In this document: positions 41,321-53,582 of the stretch, piece after piece
How the letters are laid out: each line of letters begins with the position of its first letter
Numbering within the stretch: the stretch's first letter is position 1
Assembly (NCBI GenBank): GCA_009914755.4
Contig: CP068257.2
Coordinates: 44,416,001-44,480,000, forward strand
Direction of reading: 5' to 3'
Length of the DNA stretch: 64,000 nucleotides
Source: the human T2T-CHM13v2.0 reference genome, Homo sapiens
Notes under the pieces: model-generated
Told to the model about the DNA's origin: nothing
The model's database searches: none
The model's input: only the letters and a program-made list of their open reading frames with translations
Position numbers and translations under genes: made by a program

Positions 41321-43269
41321 AGCTCCCATCAGCCCCTCGCGGCCACCCAGGACACAGGATCACAGTGAGCTGCAGTGACCACTCAGGGCTCCCAACGCCC
41401 GTTCCGGGGACCCTTGCTGGGGACTCTGCTTTGGAAAATGCAACAGAGAACAGACGTCTGCAGAGGCAGCCGCACAACTCCCTCACTCCCGGGGAGGTGC
41501 AGCCCCTGCTCTGTGGGCTCAAGAGGAGGTGTGCCACAGAGGTGCTGTGGGGGTGGCATGGATGTGCCTTGTGGGTGCCCCGGGGGGTGCTGTGGGGGTT
41601 CCCTGGGGGTGTCAAGGGGTGGGCCACATGGGCGAGCCCCCGATGGCGTGTTGCGCTGCTCCCAGACTTGTCCTGTCAGCGTGGCTGCCGCCCATTCTCC
41701 TCGCGTCCCCCCCTCCTCCCTGGAACCAGGTCCAGATGTGAGGTTCTGCCCTCGTGGCCACCAGCCTCCCAGCAGATGACCAGGAAGTCGCTGTGAGCAT
41801 CTCACGGGGATGGAGAAGCACATTCAGTGAGTGTCAGGAGGATGTCAGCCTAGACTGGGTGAGGTCCCAGGTGCAGCCCCGTGGGTCATAAACAGCAGCT
41901 AAACCTGCAGGGCCCAGGGCGGTGCAGCTGCCGAGGCACAGAAGACGACAAGGGGCACTGGCAGGAGGCCCCCGAGCGCCTGGGCTGTACATGCAGATAA
42001 AAGCTGCAGACACGTGGCCTCACCAGCTCCCACTGCAGCCCAGCCTGCAGGCCAGGAGTCTGGGGCTCAGCCAGTCTCACGCAGCAACTGCAGCCTGGTC
42101 CCGGGCCCGGGGGGACGGCCGTCTCCAAGCTCACTCGGCTGACAGCCAACCTGTTCCCGGTTCCCGGCAGCTTTGGGACTGTGTCTTCTGGGGACTGTGG
42201 CCAGGCTCAGCCCTCACCCTTGGCAACAGTCCCCCAGCCCCTCACAGGAGTCCCCAGGTGCTTCCAACCCTACAACTTCTCTTCTGGCCCCACTCGAGGT
42301 GCCATAGGCCTCCCGTCATGAGGCCAGGTCCACCCAGTGACCTCCCACCTAAGGTCAACTGATGAGCACCCCAACTACTCTGAAAACGGGATGTCACAGA
42401 GCAGGAGTGACGCCGGGGTACAGACCCAGGCCACCCAGTCTCCTGCCCACCACCGAGGAGAGGACGCTGAATGGGGCTTCTGAGGCCAAGTGCGCCAACG
42501 CAGACACTGCGTAGCCCCAGAGGCCTCGGGGACAACGGGATGAGGAGGGCACTCGAAGGCGCCCGGCACACGGCCGTCTCCTTCGTGCACCAGGACCTCC
42601 TCCCGAGCTCAGACACAGAAGGCCTGCTCTGCAGAAAACATGGGTGTCTGACCATTACCAGTCACTCACTAATAGCCCAAATTCCTTCCTGATAAATGTG
42701 CCGTGACACATTCACCTGGACCCAGCCACCTTCGGAACATTTTCTCCGAGTGACAAATATGACTGCACGGCCCGGGCTCTGGAAAGTGTGTCATGTACAG
42801 GAACGGCCGAGGTCGTTTAGCTGGCGTGGGGGTGGGCACGGCCCTGCATCCCCCCAGCAGTGAGGCAGGGACAGACTGTGAAGCCTCCCCCAGGCCCCAC
42901 TGAAGACCCCCCGGTCCCCAACCCTAGGGACTGAGGGGTGGGCCCAGAGCAGGGACAGGGGAGCCTCAGGGTCTCTGCAGCTGGGGCCTCCCAGCGCTCC
43001 CCCTGGCAGGTGGCCTGGGCCAGGGCAGCTGACTCAGAGCCCCGGATGGCAGGGAGGCCCGAACCAGCTGTGGCACCCACGGCCGCACCCGACAGCCATG
43101 GAAACTTCCCGACAGCAGTCGCTGTTTCACAGCTGAGGAGGAGAGGGGAGCAGCCCAGGGGCCCTGCAGCAGGTGCCATGTGGACTCGGCCCAGCCGTCC
43201 AGGACCCGAAGAGCAGGCGCAGCCACTGGAGGGCTACGGATTCCAGGGCTTAGAAGGAGGTGCCGGCGG

Positions 43270-43480
43270 CTCCCAGGGAGCAGGCCATTTGCTTGTTCTC
43301 AGCAGCCCCTACCACGGGACAGTGAGAACCTTCACACCACACGGAGGAACCCGCAAGACACGCATGCCCCTCTCACGGGTGGGGAAACTGAGGCACCCAG
43401 GGAGCAAATGACTTGCCTCAGGTCAGGCAGAGGATGAATGGGGTCCTTCATGCCCTGTCTCTCCCAGGCTCTGAGTAGCT
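43270..43480 (+). mobile_element. MIR SINE fragment (tentative)
   Basis: Contains the MIR core-like 'GGGGAAACTGAGGCACCCAGGGAGCAAATGACTTGCCTCAGGTCAGGCAGAGGATGAATGG' (MIR: GGAAACTGAGGCACAGAGAGGTTAAGTAACTTGCCCAAGGTCACACAGC). Confidence 0.45.
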
Positions 43481-46364
43481 GAGCGCCGTTGGCCGAGGCA
43501 GCCTGGGAATAGGGGGACAACAGGAGCCTGGACGGCAAAGAGGGGGTGAGCGGTCAGCTCCCCCGACCCCTCCACAGACCCCGTCCACCGTGCAGGGCCC
43601 CAGAGCCCAGGGTCCAGAGGCCGCCCCTCAAACACACTGTGGCTTTGCAGTCCCTGGAGGCTGCCGTGCGTGTCTGCTGTGGGCGGTACAAGGACGGGGG
43701 ACAGCAGCCCCCCGAGGCCAGGCCAGGTGGGGGCAGGGGTCCTGCAGATGCAACCTCGGGGCTCCCGTCAGGGCGGCTCTCAGGGTCAACAGCCCGGCCC
43801 ACCCTCCCCAGGCAACCGTTCACCCCGCCTCAGTCACGGCTTGGACGACGACACTCGCTGCTCAGCCATCGTGGTGTGACCCCGGGAGGCTGTGGTCAGT
43901 CCCAGAGTGAGCAGGCCTGGGGGTGCTGTGCCCCCTCCTGGCAGGGACCCACCCACTTGATCTCTCTTCCCCATCTGACCCTTGCTCCCCAGAGACCCTC
44001 CCAGTCCCGACCTGTCCCACAGGCTGGGCCTTGACAGAGAAGCCAGGTGGGCTAGAGGGTCCTCTCACTTTGGGCCTCTGTGTCCCTGGGGTGCCACGCC
44101 TGGGACTGTCCACACCAACTGCAGGGGAGAGAAGCTCAGGAGGACTCAGGACCTGGCAATGCCAAGAAAATGACCCCCTCCTCCAGGAAGGCCACTGGGC
44201 TTCCACTCAGGTGGGGAGGCTGGGTGACCAGTCCCTGGGACGTGAGCTGAGGCCAGAAGACATGCTGGCAGGGATCGGGGCCTTGAGCATTCGTGGGGGC
44301 AGAGTGGGGCGCCTGATAAAGGGGGTCTCTGAGCTGGTGGGAGGGGGCCCCTGGAGAGCTGGGTGGGGTGGGGGACTCAGAGTCTTGTCCAGAGGGACCT
44401 GAGCTTGGAAGAGGTGACCTGGGGGGCAGCCGGGCAGGCAAGGTGCTCCCAGCCTGCAGGCCATCGTCACCATCCAGGTCTTATTGGGAGGCCCTGGGCC
44501 GCACCCAGCAGCCCTCCCCCGCCTGCCACCACATCTGCACGTGCGGGGATCTAATAAGTGAGTTGGGTAATTGGGTGCGTTGAGCAGGGAGGGGGCCACA
44601 TGTTGCTGGTCTCACCCTCGACCGCATCTGCTTACTGAGAGGAGGTTTGCCCGGTGGAGTCTCCACAGGGCCCTCCAAGGCTGGGCCTCAGACCCTGGGG
44701 GAGGGCAGGCGGCAGCCTCCAGGGAGTCCTGACTCTGGGGAGAAACTGAGAGGCCCCTGTGGCATTTCGGTTAAACCAGCCCCAGAAAATCCCACCCCTG
44801 CGACGACTGTGGGCCCCGGAATCAGGCCCTCTCGAAGTGGCTTCCAGCTCACAAGTTCATAGCCACCCCCCGGCTGCCGCCCACAGCACCGCGCCCTCCA
44901 CGCGGGGCTGCACGTTTGTTCCGGGTCTCAAGGCTGTTAATCCTCAGGACAGCTGGTTCTGTTTAGGGCTTGATTTGTCCGACAATTTAAAATTTTCTTC
45001 CTGCCGGAAAGCAGCTCCTTCAAAGGGAAGAGAGGCTTCTCTGCGGCCGACGTCGCTGAGTCTTCCAAGACCTCAGCCCACAGAGCGGGAGGGGCCCAGA
45101 GGGCAGCGTGAGTGCCTCAGACCACGGGAGGGAGCTGCCCAGGAGCCAGGAGGACCAGTGCCCCCAAAGAAACGCAACAGGGCACGCAGCCCCACCACGC
45201 CCCACTCCTCCCGACCTCAAGGAACAGAGCAGGCAGGAGTGGGAGGGAGGCGCAGACAAGGCCTGTGTCCTGGGCCTGTAGGGGAGAAGCTGGAGAGAGC
45301 AGGCCCTGTACCCTGAGGATGTGGAATGGGCGCCCCACCGCAGACGGCTCCTAGGGTCCCTTCCAGGCGGTATTCCTAATTTCTGGGCATGTGTCATCCC
45401 TGTGGCTCGGCTGCACGGGCTGTGAGCTGCTCCCGATGCCTGTGGAACAGGGGGCTGCTCCCCACCCCCGCCAACATACAGGGCAGCGGAGATGCAAGCA
45501 GCAATAGCCTGACTTTGAGGCTGGATGTCCAGTCTCTGGGTCCGAACCCATCCCAGGCGAGCTGTGGTCCCAGACCCCCTAGTGCAGCTCTGGGGGGGAC
45601 CCAGGGCCCTGTCTTGAGCTCTGTGATGTCCCCTCCCCTCTGAAACTGGCAACTGGTCCCAGGCAGTGTGACCACCCCACACCCGGCCCTGTGGCTGCTG
45701 TGAGTGCCCTCTGACCCTGCCCTGTGGTGGCTTCCTGTGAGCAGCGGCAGCAGACCCATCTGCTCCTGTGTTCCCGTCTGAACCCTCCTGCCGTCCTGGG
45801 GGCTGCGGGAGGGGCTACCAGCCAGACGAGGGCTGACCCGGGAGGCGAGTACAGTGGTGCCGGGGAGGGTCAGGGGTCTCGGTGAGAATTGCGAATGGTC
45901 AAACCCAGAGGTTGCACCCGAGGCCAGGTCCAGAGGGGAGCCCAGGCCACCCTGAGGGACAGGTCCCTGGGTGGGGCGGGAGCCGGAAAAGGAGGAACAC
46001 ACTGGAATGCGTCCCAGGTTCTCCATCAAGCTGACGTTGGCATCAGGGTAAATGTACAATTCTAATAATGTGAGAATAAGGCTCATTAGAGGTAGATATT
46101 GGGTTTTGTTAAAAGGTATTTCCAGCCTGTCTTAAACCAATCACAGGACTTCTCTCCTCTTGTGTCCATCAAGGACACTTAGGTGCCTCCAGGTTTGGCT
46201 GTGTGTGGTTTCACACCATCATGCCAGCTGGCACGCGCGTGCACCCAGTGGTGCTGACACCTCCACAGTGAGCCAGGGAAACCTGCCTGCGGCTGCCACC
46301 GCCCCAACCCTGGTATCCTGGGAGGTTCCTCACGGGCAGCTCGCCCGACCCAGGTGCAGTGAAG

Positions 46365-47523
46365 AGTCCCCTGTGACTGAGGAGGAGCAGTGACACAGCC
46401 AGGGCACAGTGTGACTCCAGGACTCCCGGACCCCGCCCCTGTGACCGAGGAGGAGCAGTGACACAGCCAGGACACAGTGAGACTCCAGGACTCCCCGACC
46501 CTGCCCCTGTGACAGAGGAGGAGCAGTGACACAGCCAGGACACGGTGTGACTCCAGGACCCTGCCCCTGTGACCGAGGAGGAGCAGTGACACAGCCAGGG
46601 CATAGTGTGACTCCAGGACCCTGCCCCTGTGACCGAGGAGGAGCAGTGACACAGCCAGGACACAGTGTGACTCCAGGACTCCCGGACCCCGCCCCTGTGA
46701 CCGAGGAGGAGCAGTGACACAGCCAGGACACAGTGAGACTCCAGGACTCCCTGACCCTGCCCCTGTGACAGAGGAGGAGCAGTGACACAGCCAGGGCATA
46801 GTGTGACTCCAGGACCCTGCCCCTGTGACCGAGGAGGAGCAGTGACACAGCCAGGGCACAGTGTGACTCCAGGACCCTGCCCCTGTGACCGAGGAGGAGC
46901 AGTGACACAGCCAGGGCACAGTGTGACTCCAGGACCCTGCCCCTGTGACCGAGGAGGAGCAGTGACACAGCCAGGGCACAGTGTGACTCCAGGACTCCCG
47001 GACCCTGCCCCTGTGACTGAGGAGGAGGAGTGACACAGCCAGGACACCGTGTGACTCCAGGACCCTGCCCCTGTGACCGAGGAGGAGCAGTGACACAGCC
47101 AGGGCACAGTGTGACTCCAGGACCCTGCCCCTGTGACTGAGGAGGAGCAGTGACACAGCCAGGGCACAGTGTGACTCCAGGACTCCCGGACCCTGCCCCT
47201 GTGACTGAGGAGGAGGAGTGACACAGCCAGGGCATAGTGTGACTCCAGGACCCTGCCCCTGTGACTGAGGAGGAGCAGTGACACAGCCAGGGCACAGTGT
47301 GACTCCAGGACTCCCGGACCCTGCCCCTGTGACTGAGGAGGAGCAGTGACACAGCCGGGGCATAGTGTGACTCCAGGACTCCAGGACCCTCCCCCTGTGA
47401 CAGAGGAGGAGCAGTGACACAGCCAGGACACCGTGTGACTCCAGGACCCTGCCCCTGTGACAGAGGAGGAGCAGTGACACAGCCAGGGCACAGTGTGACT
47501 CCAGGACCCTGCCCCTGTGACTG
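46365..47523. repeat. 60-bp (with 68-bp variants) minisatellite (GTGACCGAGGAGGAGCAGTGACACAGCCAGGGCACAGTGTGACTCCAGGACCCTGCCCCT)n, about 19 copies
   Basis: Direct tandem array. The variants carry an extra 'CTCCCGGA'. It produces three overlapping 426-459-aa minus-strand ORFs because the reverse strand of the unit has no stop codon in any frame. Confidence 0.95.
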
Positions 47524-47599
47524 ATCGCCTGGGTGCTTTTGCCCCACCATCCTGACCACTGTCATCATGGACCAGTCAGTGGCACTGCTATCCTCAGAC

Positions 47600-49765
47600 A
47601 GGCTGGCCTGGGCTGAATGGTGGCCTTCAAACTTGGTCATCATCCCAAATAAAATGACAGGCCCAGCCACACAACACTGAAATAGAAAACAGGCAAACAA
47701 TAGAGACAATCAACACAACAAAAAGCTGACTCTGAAAAGATCAATAAATTTGATACAACTCTACCTATACTGATTTTTTAAAAGAGAGAAGTGACAAATT
47801 ATTAACATGAGAAATGAAATAGGAAACATCACTACAGATCTGACAGACATTAAAAGGACAATAAAGAAATATGATGACCAACTTTATGCCAATAAATTTA
47901 GACAACTTATATAAAATAAACAGATTCCTTGAAATATATAAATTATCTAAATTAACTCAAAAATATTCCTATAGTTATTAAGAAAATTGTGTGAGAGGTC
48001 TTCACTGGAGAATTATATCAAACATTTAAGAAAGAAGTAACACCAATTCTGAATAAACTCTTTCAGAATATAGAAGGGAAGGTAACATTTCAAAATTTAT
48101 TTGATGAGACCAAAATCATCCTGATACCCAAACCAGAAAAGAAAAACACAGACCAACATCTCAAATGAACATAAACACAAAATTCCTTAACAAAGCATTA
48201 GCAAATTGAACCTGCCAATTTATATAAAGGATACTATACCATAGCTAACTGTGCTTATGCAATTTTGGCTTAAGATTTTTTAAATCAAACAATATAATTT
48301 ACTATAATAGCAGAATAGAGGTGATGAACAATTTGATCACCTCAATAAATGCAGAAAGTATATTTGACAAAATGCAATGCCTGTTTGTGAAAGTACTCTA
48401 AGAAAACTAGAAATTGAAGTTAACTTTCTCTAAAATAAAAACTAAAAAAAAAAGAAGTTAACTTTCTCAACATAATAAAGAGCATCATCACCAACAACCA
48501 CCAAAGCTACCCTATAGTTAATACCATATTTCTGTGAAAGACAGTGGACTTTCTCTCTAAATTCAGGACTATGTTAAGGACATCCATTCTCACCACTGCT
48601 ATTTGACATTGTACTGGAGGTTTAACTAGCGGATAAAGGCAAGAAAAAGAAATAAAGGTATACATATTGGAAAGAAGAGGTGTATTGGTCTGTTCTCATG
48701 CTGCTGTAGAGAACTGCCCAAGACTGGGTAACTTATAAAGGAAAGAGGCTTAATTGACTCATAGTTTAACATGGCTGGGGAGGCCTCAGGAAACTTACAA
48801 TCATGGCAGAAGGGGAAGCCAACATGTCCTTCTTCACATGGTGGCAGGGAGAGAGAAGTGCAGAGTGAAAGGGGGAAAAGCCCCTTATAAAACCATCATA
48901 TCTTGTGAGAACTCACCCACTATCATGAGAACAGCATGGGGGCACCACCCCCATGATCTAATCACCCCCCCACAAGATCCCTCCCCCAACATGTGGGGAT
49001 TACAATTCGGATTACAATTCAAGACTAAATTTGGGTGGGGACACAGAGCCAGACTACATCATGAGGTAATATTGTCTGTATTCACAGAGGATATTATTTT
49101 GTGCTTAGAAAATTCTACAGAATTTATTTAAAAAGCTGCAAGAACCGAACCGATAAGTGAATTTGACAAGGCACAGGATCAATGAACAAAAATTAATTAT
49201 AAGGCCAGGACTTCTGGAATGGTGGAGTGAGAACCTCCATAAATCCAGTTTTCCTTAAAAGCAAAGAAATTACTAGAAAAAGTATCAAAATATTCTTTTT
49301 CAGAGCTCTACAGATTAACCAAAGTATTGCAACAACCTGAAAAGCATTTATTCCAGAAAAAAATACTGTACCTTGGTAAGAATTAACTACTGACACATAG
49401 CCTATCATAAATGAACCTCAAAAACATTATGCTAAATGAAAGAAGCCAGACACAAGAGACCACATACTGTATGATTCCATATGATTCCATTTACATGAAA
49501 CATCCAGAAAAGGCAAATCTATAGAGAGAAAGCAGATTAGTGGTTTCCTGGGGTGGAGGGTATGAAAGGGTATTAACGATAAATGAGCATAAGAAGTCTT
49601 ATTGGGGTGATGAAAACTTTCTAAAGCTGATTTATGATTATGATTATACCATTTGGTAAATTTGCCAAAAATTATTGAATTGCATACTCATACTTGAATA
49701 GGGGGAATTTTATGTTATGTAAAATATACCTGAATAAACCTATTTTGGAAAGAAAAACAAACTAA
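47600..49765 (+). mobile_element. Old L1 (L1M-like): ORF2 mid-region and 3' end, with a nested solo LTR
   Basis: Degenerate ORF2 ('..ATATCAAACATTTAAGAAAGAAGTAACACCAATTCTGAATAAACTCTTTCAGAATATAGAAGGGAAGG..' corresponds to EFYQTFKEELTPILLKLFQKIEEEG) and an L1M-type 3' end ('..AACCTCAAAAACATTATGCTAAATGAAAGAAGCCAGACACAAGAGACCACATACTGTATGATTCCAT..CAGATTAGTGGTTTCCTGGGGTGGAGGGTATG..'). Confidence 0.7.
48681..49061 (-). mobile_element. THE1/MST-type MaLR solo LTR (reverse orientation), nested in L1M, with a near-perfect 5-bp TSD
   Basis: The reverse complement of the THE1 consensus runs nearly end to end: 'TGTATTGGTCTGTTCTCATGCTGCTGTAGAGAACTGCCCAAGACTGGGTAACTTATAAAGGAAAGAGGCTTAATTGACTCATAGTT.ACATGGCTGGGGAGGCCTCAGGAAACTTACAATCATGGCAGAAGG...CCCCCATGATCTAATCACC..CAATTCAAGACTAAATTTGGGTGGGGACACAGAGCCAGACTACATCA'. 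The flanks are AGAGG (48676-48680) and TGAGG (49062-49066). Confidence 0.8.
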
Positions 49766-50099
49766 GCATACTATTTGCCAGTTTCTCAGTGCTAGGGAGA
49801 AAACACCTAGAATTTAGGGCCCTCGAAGGAACAGAACCCTCAGCAAATACCTTAGACTCTCAGCTGGTCCCTTGGAAAGTTAGGCTCTAGGATTAGGGGA
49901 AAACTGGTGATATATCAGTATTCACAAAGACATAAACTTAGATTTGAACTACATCCAACTGTGATTGGAAAAAGGTGACCTGTCCCTACACCAACTGTCC
50001 ACCAAAATAACACTAAATCCTATAAAAAGTAAGATAACATTAAACAGAGCTTCTACAATATTTCATACACAATGTCCAGCACTTAATCAAAAATAACCC

Positions 50100-50930
50100 A
50101 GCAAGAAAAGAGACAGGACCGTATGCCTGTATGGGGGAAAAAACAAACAAGAGAAACAGATCCATGGGTGGCCTTGATTTGGGAGTTATCAGACATGAAC
50201 TTTAAAATAAGTATGATTCATGAGACATTAGAAGATGAGATAGTTGCGTTAAAAAAAGTAATTGACACTGAAGATAAAACAGAAATTCTAAAAGTAAAAA
50301 ATGCAATAATTAATGTTAAAAGCTCAATGGATAGGATTAATAGCAGATTAGACATAACAGAAAAGAGAATAAGTTAATTTGAAAATAGGTCAAAAGGAAA
50401 TGGGCAGACTGAAGGACAAAGACAGATAATATAGAAAAGCATATAAGAGATGCATGGAAGATGATGAAAGGCTCTAACCTGTGAAATTTAAGGCCCAGGA
50501 GGAAAATAAAGACAGAAAGGGGCAGAGGCAATATCTGAAGAGATCATAACCAAGAACTTTTCTAAAACTGATAAAAAATATCTTACCACAGATTCAAAAA
50601 AGAAAATCTACACATAAAGGACATCGTTCCTAGGTACATCATAAAACTGCTGTAAACCAAAGACGATAAGAAAACCTTGAAAGAATCCAGAGGAAAAAAG
50701 CACATTTTATTTAAAGAAACAACAGAAAGATAGATTTTTTTCCACAAATCTGAAAGCCAGAAGATAATGGAATGTCATCTTCAGAGTATCAAAAGAAAAT
50801 AACTGCTAAGTTGGAATTCTTACCTAGGGAAATATCTTTCAAAACTGAAGGTTAAATAAAAGGCTGTTGAAACAAATGAAAACTAAGGAAATGTGTTGCT
50901 AACAGACCCACACTAGGCAGTCTCTAAAAT
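50100..50930 (+). mobile_element. Old L1 ORF1 region fragment
   Basis: The track ORF 50123..50377 ('..LSDMNFKISMIHETLEDEIVALKKVIDTEDKTEILKVKNAIINVKSSMDRINSRLDITEKRIS') is the L1 ORF1p coiled-coil region. Downstream sequence is degenerate ORF1. Confidence 0.7.
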
Positions 50931-51794
50931 AGCCTGCAGCAATCCTGCCTCCTGGTATTCCTGACCTTGTATAATCCCCTCCACCTGAGCACAGGCTGGA
51001 CCTAGTGACTGACTGCTAACAAACAGATTACGGCAAAAGTGATGAGATGTAATTCGAAGACTAGCCTACAAAAAGTTGTTTACTTCTGTCTTGCTGGGCC
51101 ACCGTCTCATTCTCCTCTCTTGCCAGCTTTCTCTCTCACAGCTCCCACTCTAGGGCAATCAAGTTTCTGTATTGCACATAGGGAGCTGTGGTGAGAAGCT
51201 GGTGTCTCCAGCCAGCAGGGGCTGAGGACGGCCACAGTTGCGTGAGTGAGCATGGAAGTTATTCTCCCCCACTCCAGCCTTGCAGCAAGGGCTGGCAGGA
51301 GGCCTTTTACCCTGTATCCTTTTGTGCCTTTTGACTTTTGCACAGTGGCCATGCATTATCTTCCCCAAAATAAACAATAATGTCATAACTATTTAATGCC
51401 AATCACTAGTAAAAGGTAAAAATTAATAACAAAAAGGCAAAGAAAAGTAACTGTAAACATGCACCTAACAAAGAGGGCACTCTGCAGGTGAGCACATCCT
51501 TCTCCCATATCAGACGGAGGCCCTGCCTCCAAGATAGAAGATGGCAGTCACCCGGGACTTTCACCCTTTCTCCCTCAAGAGAGTTTGTCAGTGTTGGTGA
51601 GGAGTACATCCAGAGATTTACAACACCCTTATCCACCCATCACGAATATGTATGTCTTCAGCTACATGGCATGGCCTTTAAGATCAGAGGCTACATCTTT
51701 CTATGTTCCAATCTCCTGAAATGGTCAGTGCTTGCCTTTAGGAGAGGATGGTGGGGATAGACAAAGGTTATGGGAATGGGAATGGGAAAAGGTG

Positions 51795-51834
51795 ATAGTG
51801 TTGTTGTTGGTGGTGGTGGTGGTGGTGGTAGTAG
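51795..51834. repeat. (GTT)n(GGT)n short triplet repeat
   Basis: 'GTTGTTGTTGGTGGTGGTGGTGGTGGTGGTAGTAG'. Confidence 0.8.
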
Positions 51835-52331
51835 ACTGAAAAGAGTCACAAAATCTTTGCAGCTCTTCACATTGGGTGCTGGAGCCTACTTCTCCATTGC
51901 CTGAATCCTGGTTGGCCTTGTCACTTGCTTTGACCAATAAAATGTGGCAAAGTAATGTATTGTGACTTCTGGGCCCAGATATCAAGAATCTTTGCAGCTT
52001 CTGCTCTCATTCTCTTGGAATACTGACGCCATGTAAACAAGTCTGAGTTAGACTTCTAGAGAGGACACATGGAGGAGAACCAAGGCACCCTGGCCAAAAC
52101 CCTACAAGACCTATAAGTAATGCCATCTTAGATCATTCAGCTTCCTCCAAGCCTTCAGCTGATGGGCACCACATAATGAGTTCAGATGCAACCATCAGAA
52201 GAGCTGCCCAGCAGAGCCCAGTCCAAAGTGTCAACCCACAAAAAAACAGCAAATTAAATGGGTGATTTTTTAAGCCATTAAGTGTTAGAATGGTTTGCTA
52301 TGGAGAAATGGATAACTGATTCAGATTGTGA

Positions 52332-53582
52332 TATGGATGGTGGTGACAGTAAGGGTGAGGGTAATGGTGATAGCAGTAGTAGTAGTGACAGTAGTGGGGA
52401 GGTATTGGTGATGGTGATGATGATGGCAATGGTGATAATGGTGATGGGGTGATGGTGTGGTGGTGGTGATGGTGGTGGTTGTGGTGGTGGTGGTGGTGGT
52501 GGTGATGGTGGTGATGGTGGTGGTGATGGTGGTGATGGTGGTGGTGATGGTGGTGATGGTGGTGGTGATGGTGGTGGTGATGGTGGTGGTAGTAGTGGTG
52601 GTGGTGGTGATGGTGGTGGTGATGTGGCCATGGTGATGGTGTTGGTGGCGGTGGTGATGGTGGTGATGGTGATGATGATGATGGTGATGATGGTGGTGGT
52701 GATGGTGAAGGTGGTGATGGTGGTGGTAGTAGTGGTCATGGTGGTGATGGTGATGATGGTGGTAGTAGTGGTGATGGTGGTGATGATGGTGATGATAGTG
52801 GTGATGATGGTGATGTTAATGGTGATGGTGGTGATGGTGATGGTGGTGATGGTGGTGGTTGTGGTGGTGATGATGGTGGTGATGATGGTGGTGGTGATGA
52901 TGGTGATGATAATGGTGATGGTGGTAACAGTGGTGGTGCTGATGGTGATGATAATGGTGATGGTGGTGATGGTGGTGATGGTGATGATGGTGGTGGTGGT
53001 GATGGTGGTGATGGTGGTGGTGGTGATGGTGGTGGTTGTGGTGGTGATGATGGTGATGGTGGTGATGGTGGTTGTGGTGGTGATGATGGTGGTGATGATA
53101 ATGGTGATGGTGGTGATGGTGATGGTGGTGGTGGTGATGGTGGTGATGGTGGTGGTGGTGATGGTGGTGATGATGGTGGTGGTGGTGATCGTGGTGGTAG
53201 TAGTGGTGGTGGTGATGGTGGTGATGGTGGTGGTGGTGATGTGGCCGTGGTGATGGTGTTGGTGGCGGTGGTGATGGTGGTGATGGTGATGATGGTGGTG
53301 ATGATGGTGAAGGTGGTGATGGTGGTGGTAGTAGTGGTGATGGTGGCGATGGTGATGATGGTGGTGATGATGGTGAAGGTGGTGATGGTGGTGGTAGTAG
53401 TGGTGATGGTGGTGATGGTAATGATGGTGGTGGTGGTAATGGTGGTGGTGATGGTGATGGTGATGATAATGGTGATGATAATGGTGATGGTGGTGGTGGT
53501 GATGATAATGGTGATGGTGGTGGTGGCGGTGATGGTGGTGGTGGTGGTGATGGCAATGATGGTGATGGTGGTGGTGGTGGAG
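52332..53582. repeat. 1.25-kb (GGTGAT)n/(GGT)n/(GAT)n complex triplet/hexamer array
   Basis: Continuous GGT/GAT-based array with interspersed GGTAGTAGT, GGTGAAGGT and GGCCATGGTGATGGTG variants. It is stop-free in several frames. It yields the poly-His, poly(Val/Met) and Pro/Ser-rich artefactual ORFs of 153-284 aa. Confidence 0.95.

Noticed and set aside
46179-47709. Three overlapping 426-459-aa ORFs on the minus strand
   Set aside because: They are products of the 60/68-bp minisatellite. The reverse strand of the unit has no stop in any frame, hence ORFs in all three frames simultaneously. That is incompatible with real coding.
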